Origin: Clostridiales bacterium
Lineage (GTDB): Bacteria > Bacillota > Dehalobacteriia > UBA4068
DNA: 49,213 nt
Assembly: GCA_009783415.1 (NCBI GenBank)
Contig: WRHF01000001.1
Span: forward strand, 1-49,213
Direction: 5' to 3'
Below are positions 38,437-46,391 of the stretch, piece by piece. The stretch's first letter is position 1, and each line of letters opens with the position of its first letter. The notes below the pieces were generated by a model, which was not told where the DNA came from, did not search any database, and saw only the letters and a program-made list of their open reading frames with translations. The translations under genes and the position numbers were made by a program.

Positions 38437-39216
38437 ATGAGGGTTCTTTTCATTGGGGATATTATCGGCGCCCCCGGCCGCAAAATTATTGAAAGAAGTT
38501 TGCGCCGGCTTCAGGATGAGCTGAAGATTGATTTTACTATTGCAAACGGGGAAAACAGTGCCGGCGGGGCCGGGATGAATAAGAAAGTTTTTACGAATTT
38601 GGTGGAAATGGGCGTGGATGCCCTGACTATGGGCAACCACATCTGGGATAATAAAGATATTTTTAATTTTATAGACGACCCCCGGATCGTCCGCCCGGCT
38701 AATCTCAACTCCCGCCTGCCCGGCGCCCCCTTTCGGCTCTATGAAGCGGCCGGGCAAAAAATCGCCCTGACCAACATAATCGGCCGCACCTATATGCCCC
38801 CGGCCAACTGTCCCTTTACGGCTATGGATCAAATCTATTGCCAAACTAAGGATCTGACCTCCATCCTGATCGTGGATTTTCATGCCGAAGCTACTTCGGA
38901 AAAAGCAGCCATGGCCTGGTATTTGGATGGAAGGGCCAGCGCTGTGATCGGCACCCATACCCATGTCCAAAGCAATGACGCCCGTTTTTTGAACCGGGGC
39001 ACAGTTTTTATCAACGACGTAGGCATGACCGGCCCCAGAGATTCCATTCTGGGCGTAGGCAAAGAAGAGGTAATAGAACGCTTCCTGACCCAAGTACCGG
39101 TACGCTTCTCCCCCGCCACGGGAGATATCCAATTCAACGGAATTGTTTTAAACTTCGATGCGGCAGGAAAGGTAACGGATTTTGAGGTGCTGAACTTTTA
39201 TGAACCGGAACACTGA
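38437..39216 (+). CDS. ymdB: YmdB-family metallophosphoesterase (2',3'-cyclic-nucleotide phosphodiesterase)
   Basis: 259 aa from ATG 38437, containing MRVLFIGDIIGAPGRKII...ANGENSAGGAGM...GNHIWD. Confidence 0.9.
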   Translation: MRVLFIGDIIGAPGRKIIERSLRRLQDELKIDFTIANGENSAGGAGMNKKVFTNLVEMGVDALTMGNHIWDNKDIFNFIDDPRIVRPANLNSRLPGAPFRLYEAAGQKIALTNIIGRTYMPPANCPFTAMDQIYCQTKDLTSILIVDFHAEATSEKAAMAWYLDGRASAVIGTHTHVQSNDARFLNRGTVFINDVGMTGPRDSILGVGKEEVIERFLTQVPVRFSPATGDIQFNGIVLNFDAAGKVTDFEVLNFYEPEH

Positions 39217-39235
39217 GCCGCGCCTTTGGCGCGGC

Positions 39236-39445
39236 AGTGTGGAGTGTGGAGTGTGGAGTGTGGAGTTATTGAAGTTTTGCTCCGCAAAACAATTTATTAT
39301 AAGAAAACTATTCAAGAGTGTTTTTACTGATACTATAACTTCAATAATACACATATATGTTTTCGCATATCGAAAACCAACATAACACTTCACTCTCAAC
39401 TCTCAACTCTCCACACTCCACTCTCCACTCTCCACACTCCACTCT
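39236..39445. repeat. heptamer-arm hairpin element, full copy with long core
   Basis: 5' arm (GTGTGGA)x4 at 39237-39264. The 120-nt core has hairpins GTTTTGC-tcc-GCAAAAC at 39274-39290 and GTTTTCG-catat-CGAAAAC at 39359-39377. The 3' arm has 8 units CTTCACT CTCAACT CTCAACT CTCCACA CTCCACT CTCCACT CTCCACA CTCCACT at 39388-39443. It lies between the plus-strand genes ymdB and the dipeptidase. Confidence 0.9.
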
Positions 39446-39468
39446 AACAATCAAGGAGGTCTAGAAAC

Positions 39469-40434
39469 ATGAGAGTAGACGCCCACAACGACACTGCTCT
39501 ACGCCTTTGGGATCTACCTACCATACGTACTGCTCCTGTCGATTATAGGCTTCAGGGACAGTTTTCTCCTCAGGCGGATTTGCTGCGTTGGCAGGAAAAT
39601 TTTGACATTGCTTTTTTTGCTGTCTATATCGACCAGGAAGCTTATGCCGGCCGCTATTTTGCCGCCAGTCAGGAACTGTTCCGCCGCCTGAAAAGGGATT
39701 TGGCCGCTAACAGCGATATTGTCCGGCTTGTCCTCCGGCGGGATGATGTGAGGAAGGATCCCCGCCTTGGGGTTTTGCTGGCAATTGAGGGAGCCGAATG
39801 CTTAGGCGATAACCCGGAACTGCTCCGGGCTTATTTTCATATTGGCGTACGCAGTCTGGGCTTTACCCATAACCCCGCTAATGCCCTGGCCGGAGGCTGC
39901 CAAGCAAAAGGCGGCTTCACCGAGGCAGGCCGCCGCACCGCCCGGCTCGCCAATGAAATCGGGATAATTCTGGATGGCGCTCACCTTAATGAAGAGAGTT
40001 TTTGGGATTTATTGGAAATAAGCAGCCAACCGGTAATCATCTCTCATACTGCCGCCGCCGCTTTGCGCCCTCATTACCGCAACCTGAGCAACGAACAATT
40101 GCGGGCTGTAGCGGCAAACGGCGGAGTGGTTGGAGTGACTTTTGCCAATCTTTTCCTGGCCGATGATGCAGATCTGTCCGACTACCTGCGCCACCTGGAG
40201 CATGTGGCAAAAGTAGCAGGCATAGATCATGTAGGGATCGGCTCCGATTTCGACGGCTGCGATCTGCCTCGGGGGATCAATTCCGTTTCCGATATGCACA
40301 AAGTACTGACCGGCTTAAAAGAAATTGGCTTTAGTGATCTAGAAATCGCCAAAGTCTATGGAGAAAATTTCTGTCGGATTATGAGAAAGATACTGCCGTG
40401 TGATACGGCAGAATTGAAAAAGGAAAAAGGATAA
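39469..40434 (+). CDS. membrane dipeptidase (peptidase M19)
   Basis: 321-aa ORF with AAGGAGG upstream; contains MRVDAHNDTALRL...ISHTAAAALRPHYRNLSNEQL...GIGSDFDG. The last 6 codons lie in a heptamer arm. Confidence 0.88.
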   Translation: MRVDAHNDTALRLWDLPTIRTAPVDYRLQGQFSPQADLLRWQENFDIAFFAVYIDQEAYAGRYFAASQELFRRLKRDLAANSDIVRLVLRRDDVRKDPRLGVLLAIEGAECLGDNPELLRAYFHIGVRSLGFTHNPANALAGGCQAKGGFTEAGRRTARLANEIGIILDGAHLNEESFWDLLEISSQPVIISHTAAAALRPHYRNLSNEQLRAVAANGGVVGVTFANLFLADDADLSDYLRHLEHVAKVAGIDHVGIGSDFDGCDLPRGINSVSDMHKVLTGLKEIGFSDLEIAKVYGENFCRIMRKILPCDTAELKKEKG

Positions 40435-40930
40435 AGGAAAATTGGTAACAGATAATTAATAGTTGGTAATTGATAATTTTAGTGGGATTGGTGGGATTGA
40501 TTTGAGTAATGTTGTTCGGGAGAAAAGTTTTGGATTTGCTGTTCGGATTGTTCGATTATATAAGTTTTTGTGTGCTGAAAAGAAAGAATATGTTCTTTCA
40601 AAGCAGCTTTTGAAGAGTGGAACCAGCATTGGCGCAAATATTGAAGAATCCTTACAAGCCCAAGGGAAAAGGGATTTTCTGAATAAAACCAACATTGCCC
40701 TTAAAGAAGCAACCGAAACCCTATACTGGCTCCGCCTACTCCACGCAACCGGATATATAGATGAAAAACAGACCCAAAGCATATCCTCAGATTGCAAAGA
40801 AATAACTGCCATTCTAGTATCAATCGTAAAAACAACAAAAGCAAATCTAGAACGATCAAGCAAAAAAGAAACCAAACAAATCCCCAAAGAATAGTGATTT
40901 TCCTTTTTCCTTTTTCCTTTTTCCTTTTTC
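40417..40930. repeat. heptamer-arm element carrying a gene in its loop
   Basis: 5' arm AAAAAGG AAAAAGG ATAAAGG AAAATTGG at 40417-40445. 3' arm (CCTTTTT)x4 at 40902-40929 within 40898-40930. The arms are near-perfect complements, and the only content between them is the four-helix-bundle ORF. Confidence 0.85.
40502..40894 (+). CDS. four-helix-bundle protein (23S rRNA intervening-sequence protein family, Avd-like)
   Basis: ORF 40463-40894. TTG 40502 is preferred (GGTGGG 6 nt upstream), but the start is uncertain. EKSFGFAVRIVRLYKFLCAEKKEYVLSKQLLKSGTSIGANIEESLQAQGKRDFLNKTNIALKEATETLYWLRLL matches the TIGR02436/PF05635-type pattern from memory. Confidence 0.85.
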   Translation: MSNVVREKSFGFAVRIVRLYKFLCAEKKEYVLSKQLLKSGTSIGANIEESLQAQGKRDFLNKTNIALKEATETLYWLRLLHATGYIDEKQTQSISSDCKEITAILVSIVKTTKANLERSSKKETKQIPKE

Positions 40931-40958
40931 AATTTATAAATCACCGGAGGTGATTTAC

Positions 40959-41774
40959 TTGCGTGGTTTTGATTTACATGTCCACAGTACCGCTTCGGAC
41001 GGGCTATGGACGGTTGGAAAAATTATTAAGACGGCTAAGGGAATGGGCCTGGAAGGTCTGGCTATTACCGATCATGATACTACGGCAGGCTTGGATGAGG
41101 CTTTGCGGTTGGCAGAAGAGTTTAATTTTCCTTTGATTCCAGGTGTTGAGCTTAGTGCGGAATGGCAGGATTTGGATATTCATATCCTGGGCTATTGGCT
41201 GGATCATCGCCAGCCGCGGCTTTTGGCGCGTTTGCTTCAGCTTCAAGAAGCCCGCCGGGAGCGCTGCCGTCAAATCGGCGCCAGGCTGGCATCTCTTGGT
41301 ATGCCTATTGATGTGGATGGCTTGCTGGCTGCCGCAGGAGATTCTATAGGGCGCCCCCATATCGCTTATGCCATGGTCAATAAAAGCTATTGTCTCAGCG
41401 TCACCGATGCTTTCCGCCGCCATATCGGCCGGGGAATGCCGGCCTATGTGCCTAGGGAAAAATTTTCTCCTTTTGAAGCAGTGGAAATGGTACTGGCTGC
41501 CGGAGGAGTAGCCGTGCTGGCCCATCCCGGATTGACCTTCCCGGACGACCTGCTGTATGACTTAATCAAGCTGGGCCTGGGCGGGATCGAGATTTATCAT
41601 CCGGAACATACCCCAGGGCAGGAACGCAAATACCTGAAAATTGCCGGAGAATACGGCCTGGCCTACACCGGCGGCTCGGACTTCCACGGCCGGGGCGACC
41701 GCTCCCTGGGCCAAAGGGTCACCTACCAGTATCAGCTGGAAGTTTTAAAACAAAAAATAATTACCAGCCACTAA
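40959..41774 (+). CDS. PHP domain phosphoesterase (TrpH/YciV-like)
   Basis: ORF 40950-41774. TTG 40959 is preferred (GGAGGTG 6 nt upstream), giving MRGFDLHVHSTASDGLW...AITDHDT...GVELS...GGSDFHG. Confidence 0.85.
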   Translation: MRGFDLHVHSTASDGLWTVGKIIKTAKGMGLEGLAITDHDTTAGLDEALRLAEEFNFPLIPGVELSAEWQDLDIHILGYWLDHRQPRLLARLLQLQEARRERCRQIGARLASLGMPIDVDGLLAAAGDSIGRPHIAYAMVNKSYCLSVTDAFRRHIGRGMPAYVPREKFSPFEAVEMVLAAGGVAVLAHPGLTFPDDLLYDLIKLGLGGIEIYHPEHTPGQERKYLKIAGEYGLAYTGGSDFHGRGDRSLGQRVTYQYQLEVLKQKIITSH

Positions 41775-41856
41775 TTTCTTTTTCCCGTGCTTAAAAAAGC
41801 TCCCTCCGGCATATACTAACCCAGATGGGAAGTATTTCAAATCAGGGGAGTTGCCA

Positions 41857-42174
41857 ATGCCTTCAGAATTGCATTTCAACCGCGAGGAAACCCAGCGTTA
41901 CGAAGATAAAATCCGCCAGCTCCAGGACAATATTTTAAATCTACGGATCAGCCGCCGTATTTTGATGACTTTGCTGGAACAGGTACAAACCGAAAAAGCC
42001 CGCGAGGAAGAACGCCTGCGCAAAGAGGCTCAGCGCCTGCAAAAATCCAACAGCCGCTATGCCGGCAATCTCCTCAAGAAAAACCAGCGCATCCGGGAAC
42101 TGGAGCAAGCCCTGTCGGCTCATTCCGAGTGTAATTCTGAATTGAGCGCATCGCCGTCCACTTCTATCAACTGA
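41857..42174 (+). CDS. hypothetical coiled-coil protein
   Basis: 105 aa from ATG 41857. The heptad-rich, charged sequence (EDKIRQLQDNILNLR...EKAREEERLRKEAQRLQK) is followed by a strong terminator. I recognise no family. Confidence 0.55.
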   Translation: MPSELHFNREETQRYEDKIRQLQDNILNLRISRRILMTLLEQVQTEKAREEERLRKEAQRLQKSNSRYAGNLLKKNQRIRELEQALSAHSECNSELSASPSTSIN

Positions 42175-42201
42175 AAAGCTAATAATTGAATATTTGCCAA
42201 G

Positions 42202-42244
42202 ACAGCCTGGATATAAATGCATGTTTATTTCCAGGCTGTTTTTT
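42202..42244 (+). terminator. intrinsic terminator after the coiled-coil ORF
   Basis: ACAGCCTGGA-18 nt-TCCAGGCTGT followed by TTTTT. Confidence 0.65.
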
Positions 42245-42390
42245 AGACTATGCCTACTATGTGACATGAGAGTTTCTCGCTAGTACAAATTTCCACTTTT
42301 CATAATTTTTCGACTGCCTTCGGCGGCCAATTATTATACGGCCAGAAAAAACAAGATTGGTAAATACGGAGATTAAGGGATTGAAAGATT

Positions 42391-43917
42391 TTAAGATTTT
42401 AGATTGAGCCAAAAAGCGGGACGAACACCACCACCAGAGAAACTGACACTATCACCAATATCATGGACGCCGCCGTTGGGGCTGACATGGGCAGCATTGT
42501 CAGGACTGCAGCCAGGGGAACGCAGCCACCACCACACCGCTTTCCCTTCCAGACGGGCAACACGGGCTTTGTCATACGGAAAGTATTGTTTGACTTCATT
42601 AATGCTAAGCAGAAAAAGATTGTCCTTTGTGTCAATGCTGCCCCTTGTTCTCCACATTTCATTGTCGGGGTTTTTGTTATCCCAAGTCAAAACCCGGCTG
42701 CGTTCTTTATCATCGAAGATCTGCTCCAAAAGCTGGGGAAGCAATTCTTTCTTGAGGGAGCACTTCGCCCATGTCACACTCTCTAGTTTTTTATTGTACG
42801 GAGCCGTCATCAGGCAGTCCTTCGTTATCAGCAACGCCCTGTCCGGTTGCACATCCAGGATATGCCATTCTAAAAGTTTGTTCTTCCATCGGCCCATGGT
42901 ATATATCTCATTTCTAACGAGCGGTTTTTCATCAGACCGTGTTACTTCGGCGGACTTTTTCGCCTGGGTGGGAGAGGATTTTCGGTAGGCGTGCGGAAAC
43001 TCCGGCGCAATAGATTCAACCTCCTTGACCTGGCCTGTGATATCAGCATATATGTACTCCAGGATGTCCTCTACATAGTGATATTCGCCATTAGGATACC
43101 AGATGCAGTGCATTTGCAGCCGATCAGCTATGAATGCCCTGCGTTCCTCAAAAGCTTCTTCCCCGGCTTCACCATCCATCGGCAAAATAGCGTAGTGTCC
43201 GCCTGTACTCAATCCAGTCAGTAAATCCACTGTGCGATCCTCCTTGAGACCGCAGCCGATAAACAGCAGATTGTTTCCGCTAAGAATACTATGAAGCCGT
43301 TTGATATGCTCCGAGTCTTCTTGATATAAATCGTTGTATGAATCTTTGGTCATCACCACTTCATCCGGCGCAGATACGCAGCCATGAATTTTAATCAGGT
43401 AGTGCGAACTGCCCCTTTGCACGCGTAAAGCTTGCCAAGGGGTCAGGTGACGGAGAACCAGTTTTTCCTCAAAGGAGTGCTGCTCCATCAGGAAGGCCCG
43501 TTCAAGTACTTTATCAAAGTTCGTGGTAATAACGAGGGAATTTTTAAATAGCCTGGGAAGATATCGTACAGACATTTTTTTCAGGGACTCATCCCTGATA
43601 AAAGAATCTTTAAACATTGCGACCAATCGATCATAAAAGATCGTGTTACATAGCACATCGTGGATTTTCTGGGCGGCAGCCTCGAAATCACCGCAATTAA
43701 TAAGACTTTCCACTTCATCGGCTTCGCTCTCTCGCCCGTTGAAATGCCCTTTCATCATTTTCCGCAAAGCCACACCCCAAGAGCTGTAAATATCAATAGA
43801 CAATCCCGCGCCTACGAAAGGGATTATGCGATTGCGTCTGATAAGAGGGATAAGTTGATCTTCAAGTATACTGCGGTTTTCAAAACAGTCGAATTTTGGA
43901 TCATCCAAATCAAGCAT
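42391..43917 (-). CDS. SIR2-like (SIR2_2) NADase domain fused to a DUF6273-like C-terminal domain; candidate defence protein
   Basis: ORF 42391-43977. ATG 43917 is preferred (GGAGG 6 nt upstream). Motifs IPFVGAGLS, ITTNFDKVLE, IKIHGC and LLFIGCGLKEDRTVDLL. C-terminal motifs WWWLRSPG...GGGVRPAFWLNL. Confidence 0.75.
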   Translation of the reverse strand: MLDLDDPKFDCFENRSILEDQLIPLIRRNRIIPFVGAGLSIDIYSSWGVALRKMMKGHFNGRESEADEVESLINCGDFEAAAQKIHDVLCNTIFYDRLVAMFKDSFIRDESLKKMSVRYLPRLFKNSLVITTNFDKVLERAFLMEQHSFEEKLVLRHLTPWQALRVQRGSSHYLIKIHGCVSAPDEVVMTKDSYNDLYQEDSEHIKRLHSILSGNNLLFIGCGLKEDRTVDLLTGLSTGGHYAILPMDGEAGEEAFEERRAFIADRLQMHCIWYPNGEYHYVEDILEYIYADITGQVKEVESIAPEFPHAYRKSSPTQAKKSAEVTRSDEKPLVRNEIYTMGRWKNKLLEWHILDVQPDRALLITKDCLMTAPYNKKLESVTWAKCSLKKELLPQLLEQIFDDKERSRVLTWDNKNPDNEMWRTRGSIDTKDNLFLLSINEVKQYFPYDKARVARLEGKAVWWWLRSPGCSPDNAAHVSPNGGVHDIGDSVSFSGGGVRPAFWLNLKS

Positions 43918-43975
43918 GTTCATCCTCCAAACAAGCAGATTTGTTCTAGCAACAGCACTTGCCAATGACGTAAAC

Positions 43976-44005
43976 ATTGTACCACAGGGTGAGCTTCGCC
44001 CGCAA
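43976..44005 (-). promoter_or_regulatory. candidate promoter of the SIR2-like gene (extended -10)
   Basis: TTGCGG (44005-44000), 18 nt, TGgTACAAT (-10 at 43981-43976). Confidence 0.45.
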
Positions 44006-44006
44006 C

Positions 44007-44070
44007 CTAGTGGCTAGTAACTAGTGGCTATAACGGATGACTTTCGCCCCGCGAAAGGATTGAATTAAAA
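44007..44070. repeat. heptamer-arm element, half copy (arm + core)
   Basis: Arm CTAGTGG CTAGTAA CTAGTGG CTATAAC at 44007-44034. Core hairpin CTTTCGC-ccc-GCGAAAG at 44041-44057. Box GATTGAATTAAAA at 44058-44070, 7 nt from the comEB stop. Confidence 0.8.
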
Positions 44071-44077
44071 GCATATA

Positions 44078-44563
44078 CTAACTGAATTCTTGTTTATTAT
44101 TGACACTTCTTGCTCCCAATTCACTAAAACGGATCAGCTCCATTCCTGCTTCCTGAGCCAGGCGGCAGGCTAGTTCGTCCGGGTAGTCGCTGTCGAAAAT
44201 TACCTGTTTGATTCCGCTGGTCACCATGGCTTTGACGCAGGTGGTGCAGGGTTGGGCGGTTACATAAACTGTAGCGCCTAAAAGGGCCACCCCGTAGCGG
44301 GCGGCAAAATTGCAGACATTGGCTTCGGCATGCTGGGCCCGGCAGATCTCCTGGCGCTGGCCGGAAGGAATGCCCAGCTTGTTGCGGAGGCAACCGGCCT
44401 CGTCACAGTGGAGGGCTCCGGGTAAAGCCCCGTTATAACCGGTGCCGAGGATCCTGTTTTCCGGGCTGACAGCCACAGCCCCAACCTGCCGCCGCAGACA
44501 GGTGGAACGGGTGGCTACCTGACGGGCAATGTTCATAAAATAATCAGGCCATGATTGACGCAT
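44078..44563 (-). CDS. comEB: dCMP deaminase (ComEB family)
   Basis: 161-aa ORF with zinc motifs HAEANV and PCTTCVKAM. Confidence 0.9.
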   Translation of the reverse strand: MRQSWPDYFMNIARQVATRSTCLRRQVGAVAVSPENRILGTGYNGALPGALHCDEAGCLRNKLGIPSGQRQEICRAQHAEANVCNFAARYGVALLGATVYVTAQPCTTCVKAMVTSGIKQVIFDSDYPDELACRLAQEAGMELIRFSELGARSVNNKQEFS

Positions 44564-44578
44564 AATTAGCTAACCTCC

Positions 44579-45682
44579 CTATATTTTTTTCAAGATGATT
44601 TCAGTAATGTACTGTGCCGCCCGACCGTCCCCATAGGGATTAACAGCCTGGGCCATGCTTTGATAAACTTTATCGTCATCCAGCAGCAGGCCAACACCTT
44701 CACGTACCCGCCGGTAATCTGTTCCTATCAGTCGGGCTGTACCTGCGGCTATGGCCTCCGGCCGTTCTGTTACTTCACGTAATACCAAAACCGGTTTGCC
44801 CAAGGCCGGGGCTTCTTCCTGAAGGCCGCCGCTATCGGTCAGTACCAAATGGCAGCTTTTCATAACCTGACAAAAGGGCAGATAATCCAAAGGTTGGCAA
44901 AGATGGACTTGGGACAGGGTACTAAAAGCCTCTTGGGCAGCTTGCCGGACCAGGGGATTTTTGTGAACAGGGAAAATCACTTCCACATCGCTGTGTTCCC
45001 GCACCGTATCCGCCACAGCAGCAAATATCTCCTCCATAGGCCGGCCCCAATTCTCCCGGCGGTGGCAAGTCAGCAGAATAACCCGCTTGGCCCAATCCAG
45101 CCGATCCAGGCCCAGACCGGCCAAAGAGCATTCCTGTTCTACCGTTTGCAGCAGTGCATCGATCACTGTATTGCCTGTCAAGAAAATTTTCTCTGCCGGA
45201 ATATTTTCCGCCAGCAAATTATCCCGGGCGGCGGCGGTCGGGGCAAAATGAAAGTCAGCCAAAGATCCCACCAGGCGGCGGTTTATTTCCTCCGGAAAAG
45301 GAGCGTATTTATCGGCAGTGCGCAAGCCGGCCTCGACATGGCCGCAAGGAACCTGCTGATAGAAAGCAGCCAAAGCCCCGGAGAGGGTGGTAGTAGTATC
45401 ACCATGGACAAGCAACAGATCCGGCTTTTCCTCTGCTATGATTTGGCCCAAGCCGCGCAAAGCTAAGCTGGTAATATTTTCCAGAGTTTGCCCCGAATGC
45501 ATAATATTCAAGTCATAATCGGGAGTAATTTGGAAAAGCTGCAGCACCTGATCAAGCATCTCCCGGTGCTGGGCAGTGACAGCAACTTTGGACTCAATTT
45601 GAGGCTGCCGGGAGAGGCATCGTACCAGCGGCGCCATTTTGATAGCCTCAGGACGGGTGCCGAAGGCGGAGAGGACTTTCAT
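44579..45682 (-). CDS. wecB: UDP-N-acetylglucosamine 2-epimerase (non-hydrolysing)
   Basis: ORF 44579-45739. ATG 45682 gives MKVLSAFGTRPEAIKMAPLV...HVEAGLRT... Confidence 0.92.
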   Translation of the reverse strand: MKVLSAFGTRPEAIKMAPLVRCLSRQPQIESKVAVTAQHREMLDQVLQLFQITPDYDLNIMHSGQTLENITSLALRGLGQIIAEEKPDLLLVHGDTTTTLSGALAAFYQQVPCGHVEAGLRTADKYAPFPEEINRRLVGSLADFHFAPTAAARDNLLAENIPAEKIFLTGNTVIDALLQTVEQECSLAGLGLDRLDWAKRVILLTCHRRENWGRPMEEIFAAVADTVREHSDVEVIFPVHKNPLVRQAAQEAFSTLSQVHLCQPLDYLPFCQVMKSCHLVLTDSGGLQEEAPALGKPVLVLREVTERPEAIAAGTARLIGTDYRRVREGVGLLLDDDKVYQSMAQAVNPYGDGRAAQYITEIILKKI

Positions 45683-45765
45683 AGTATTTATTAGTTCCTT
45701 TCTTGGGTTGGAGTTTGTTTGCTGGGGATTAGAAAGCAAGTAACAAGTAACAGGGCTGTTTTGGA

Positions 45766-46218
45766 TTATTTGCCCTTTTTCAGCTCGATATCTTTAATGT
45801 GTTCTTCAAAATATTGCATTGTAGAATATTGACAAAGCAACTTATTCCTGTAAATATGTAGCGCTGTTTTCGCTGCTTTATATTCCGAAATGTGCTTGAT
45901 AAGTTTTTGCTTAATTATATATTCCTTACCTCGCAAAGAATCAAATTCATTCTGACGAATAAAAGGTTTCTTAGTATTATCAATATATTTCTCATCTGCA
46001 ATAACTACCGCCTTGGAAAAATCTAAGCCACACCTATTATTCTTGTCCGTCCATAATACATGTTCCTTATGATTAATGTCAGATCTTAAGGGAATAGCAA
46101 ACTGCACATCGTTTATTTTGGTGTAAACTAGCGCATAAGGGCGCATAGATTTTTGCTCTATTTCCGTGCATTCTTTATATTTGTCATAAAATAGCTCATT
46201 TAGAAACAGGAACTTCAT
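45766..46218 (-). CDS. type III toxin-antitoxin toxin, ToxN/AbiQ-like endoribonuclease
   Basis: ORF 45766-46233. ATG 46218 is preferred (GGAGG 8 nt upstream). MKFLFLNELFYDKY...RPYALVYTKINDVQFAIPLRSDINHKEH resembles the ToxN/AbiQ N-terminal pattern. It is preceded by a repeat array and hairpin. Very AT-rich. Confidence 0.65.
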   Translation of the reverse strand: MKFLFLNELFYDKYKECTEIEQKSMRPYALVYTKINDVQFAIPLRSDINHKEHVLWTDKNNRCGLDFSKAVVIADEKYIDNTKKPFIRQNEFDSLRGKEYIIKQKLIKHISEYKAAKTALHIYRNKLLCQYSTMQYFEEHIKDIELKKGK

Positions 46219-46239
46219 GCAATATGCCTCCATAAATGA

Positions 46240-46264
46240 CTATAGCCCTATAATAGGGCTATAG
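46240..46264 (-). terminator. perfect hairpin between repeat array and toxin (attenuator-like, as in toxIN loci)
   Basis: CTATAGCCCTA-tta-TAGGGCTATAG, an 11-bp stem followed by TCATTTAT. There is no clean U-tract, so it may only attenuate transcription. Confidence 0.45.
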
Positions 46265-46356
46265 TCTTCTCAGTGAACTTTTTTTTGTTTACCCTGCTCA
46301 CGTTCTATGAGCAGATCTTCTCAGTGAACTTTTTTTATACTCACGTTCTATGAGTA
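46265..46356 (-). ncRNA. candidate type III antitoxin RNA (ToxI/CptI-like), two tandem repeats
   Basis: Transcript sense: unit 1 (46356-46314) is TACTCATAGAACGTGAGTAT-A7-GTTCACTGAGAAGATC. Unit 2 (46313-46265) is TGCTCATAGAACGTGAGCAGGGTAAAC-A8-GTTCACTGAGAAGA. The internal 6-bp hairpin shows a compensatory change between units. The locus lies between a consensus promoter and the toxin gene. Confidence 0.6.
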
Positions 46357-46391
46357 TTTATAGAATAAGATGAATCTTACTCTTTGTTATT

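Noticed and set aside
40482-40499. A 9-mer direct repeat GTGGGATTG x2 just upstream of the four-helix-bundle start.
   Set aside because: There are only two copies. It most likely just provides the GGTGGG ribosome-binding site, and there is not enough signal for a separate feature.
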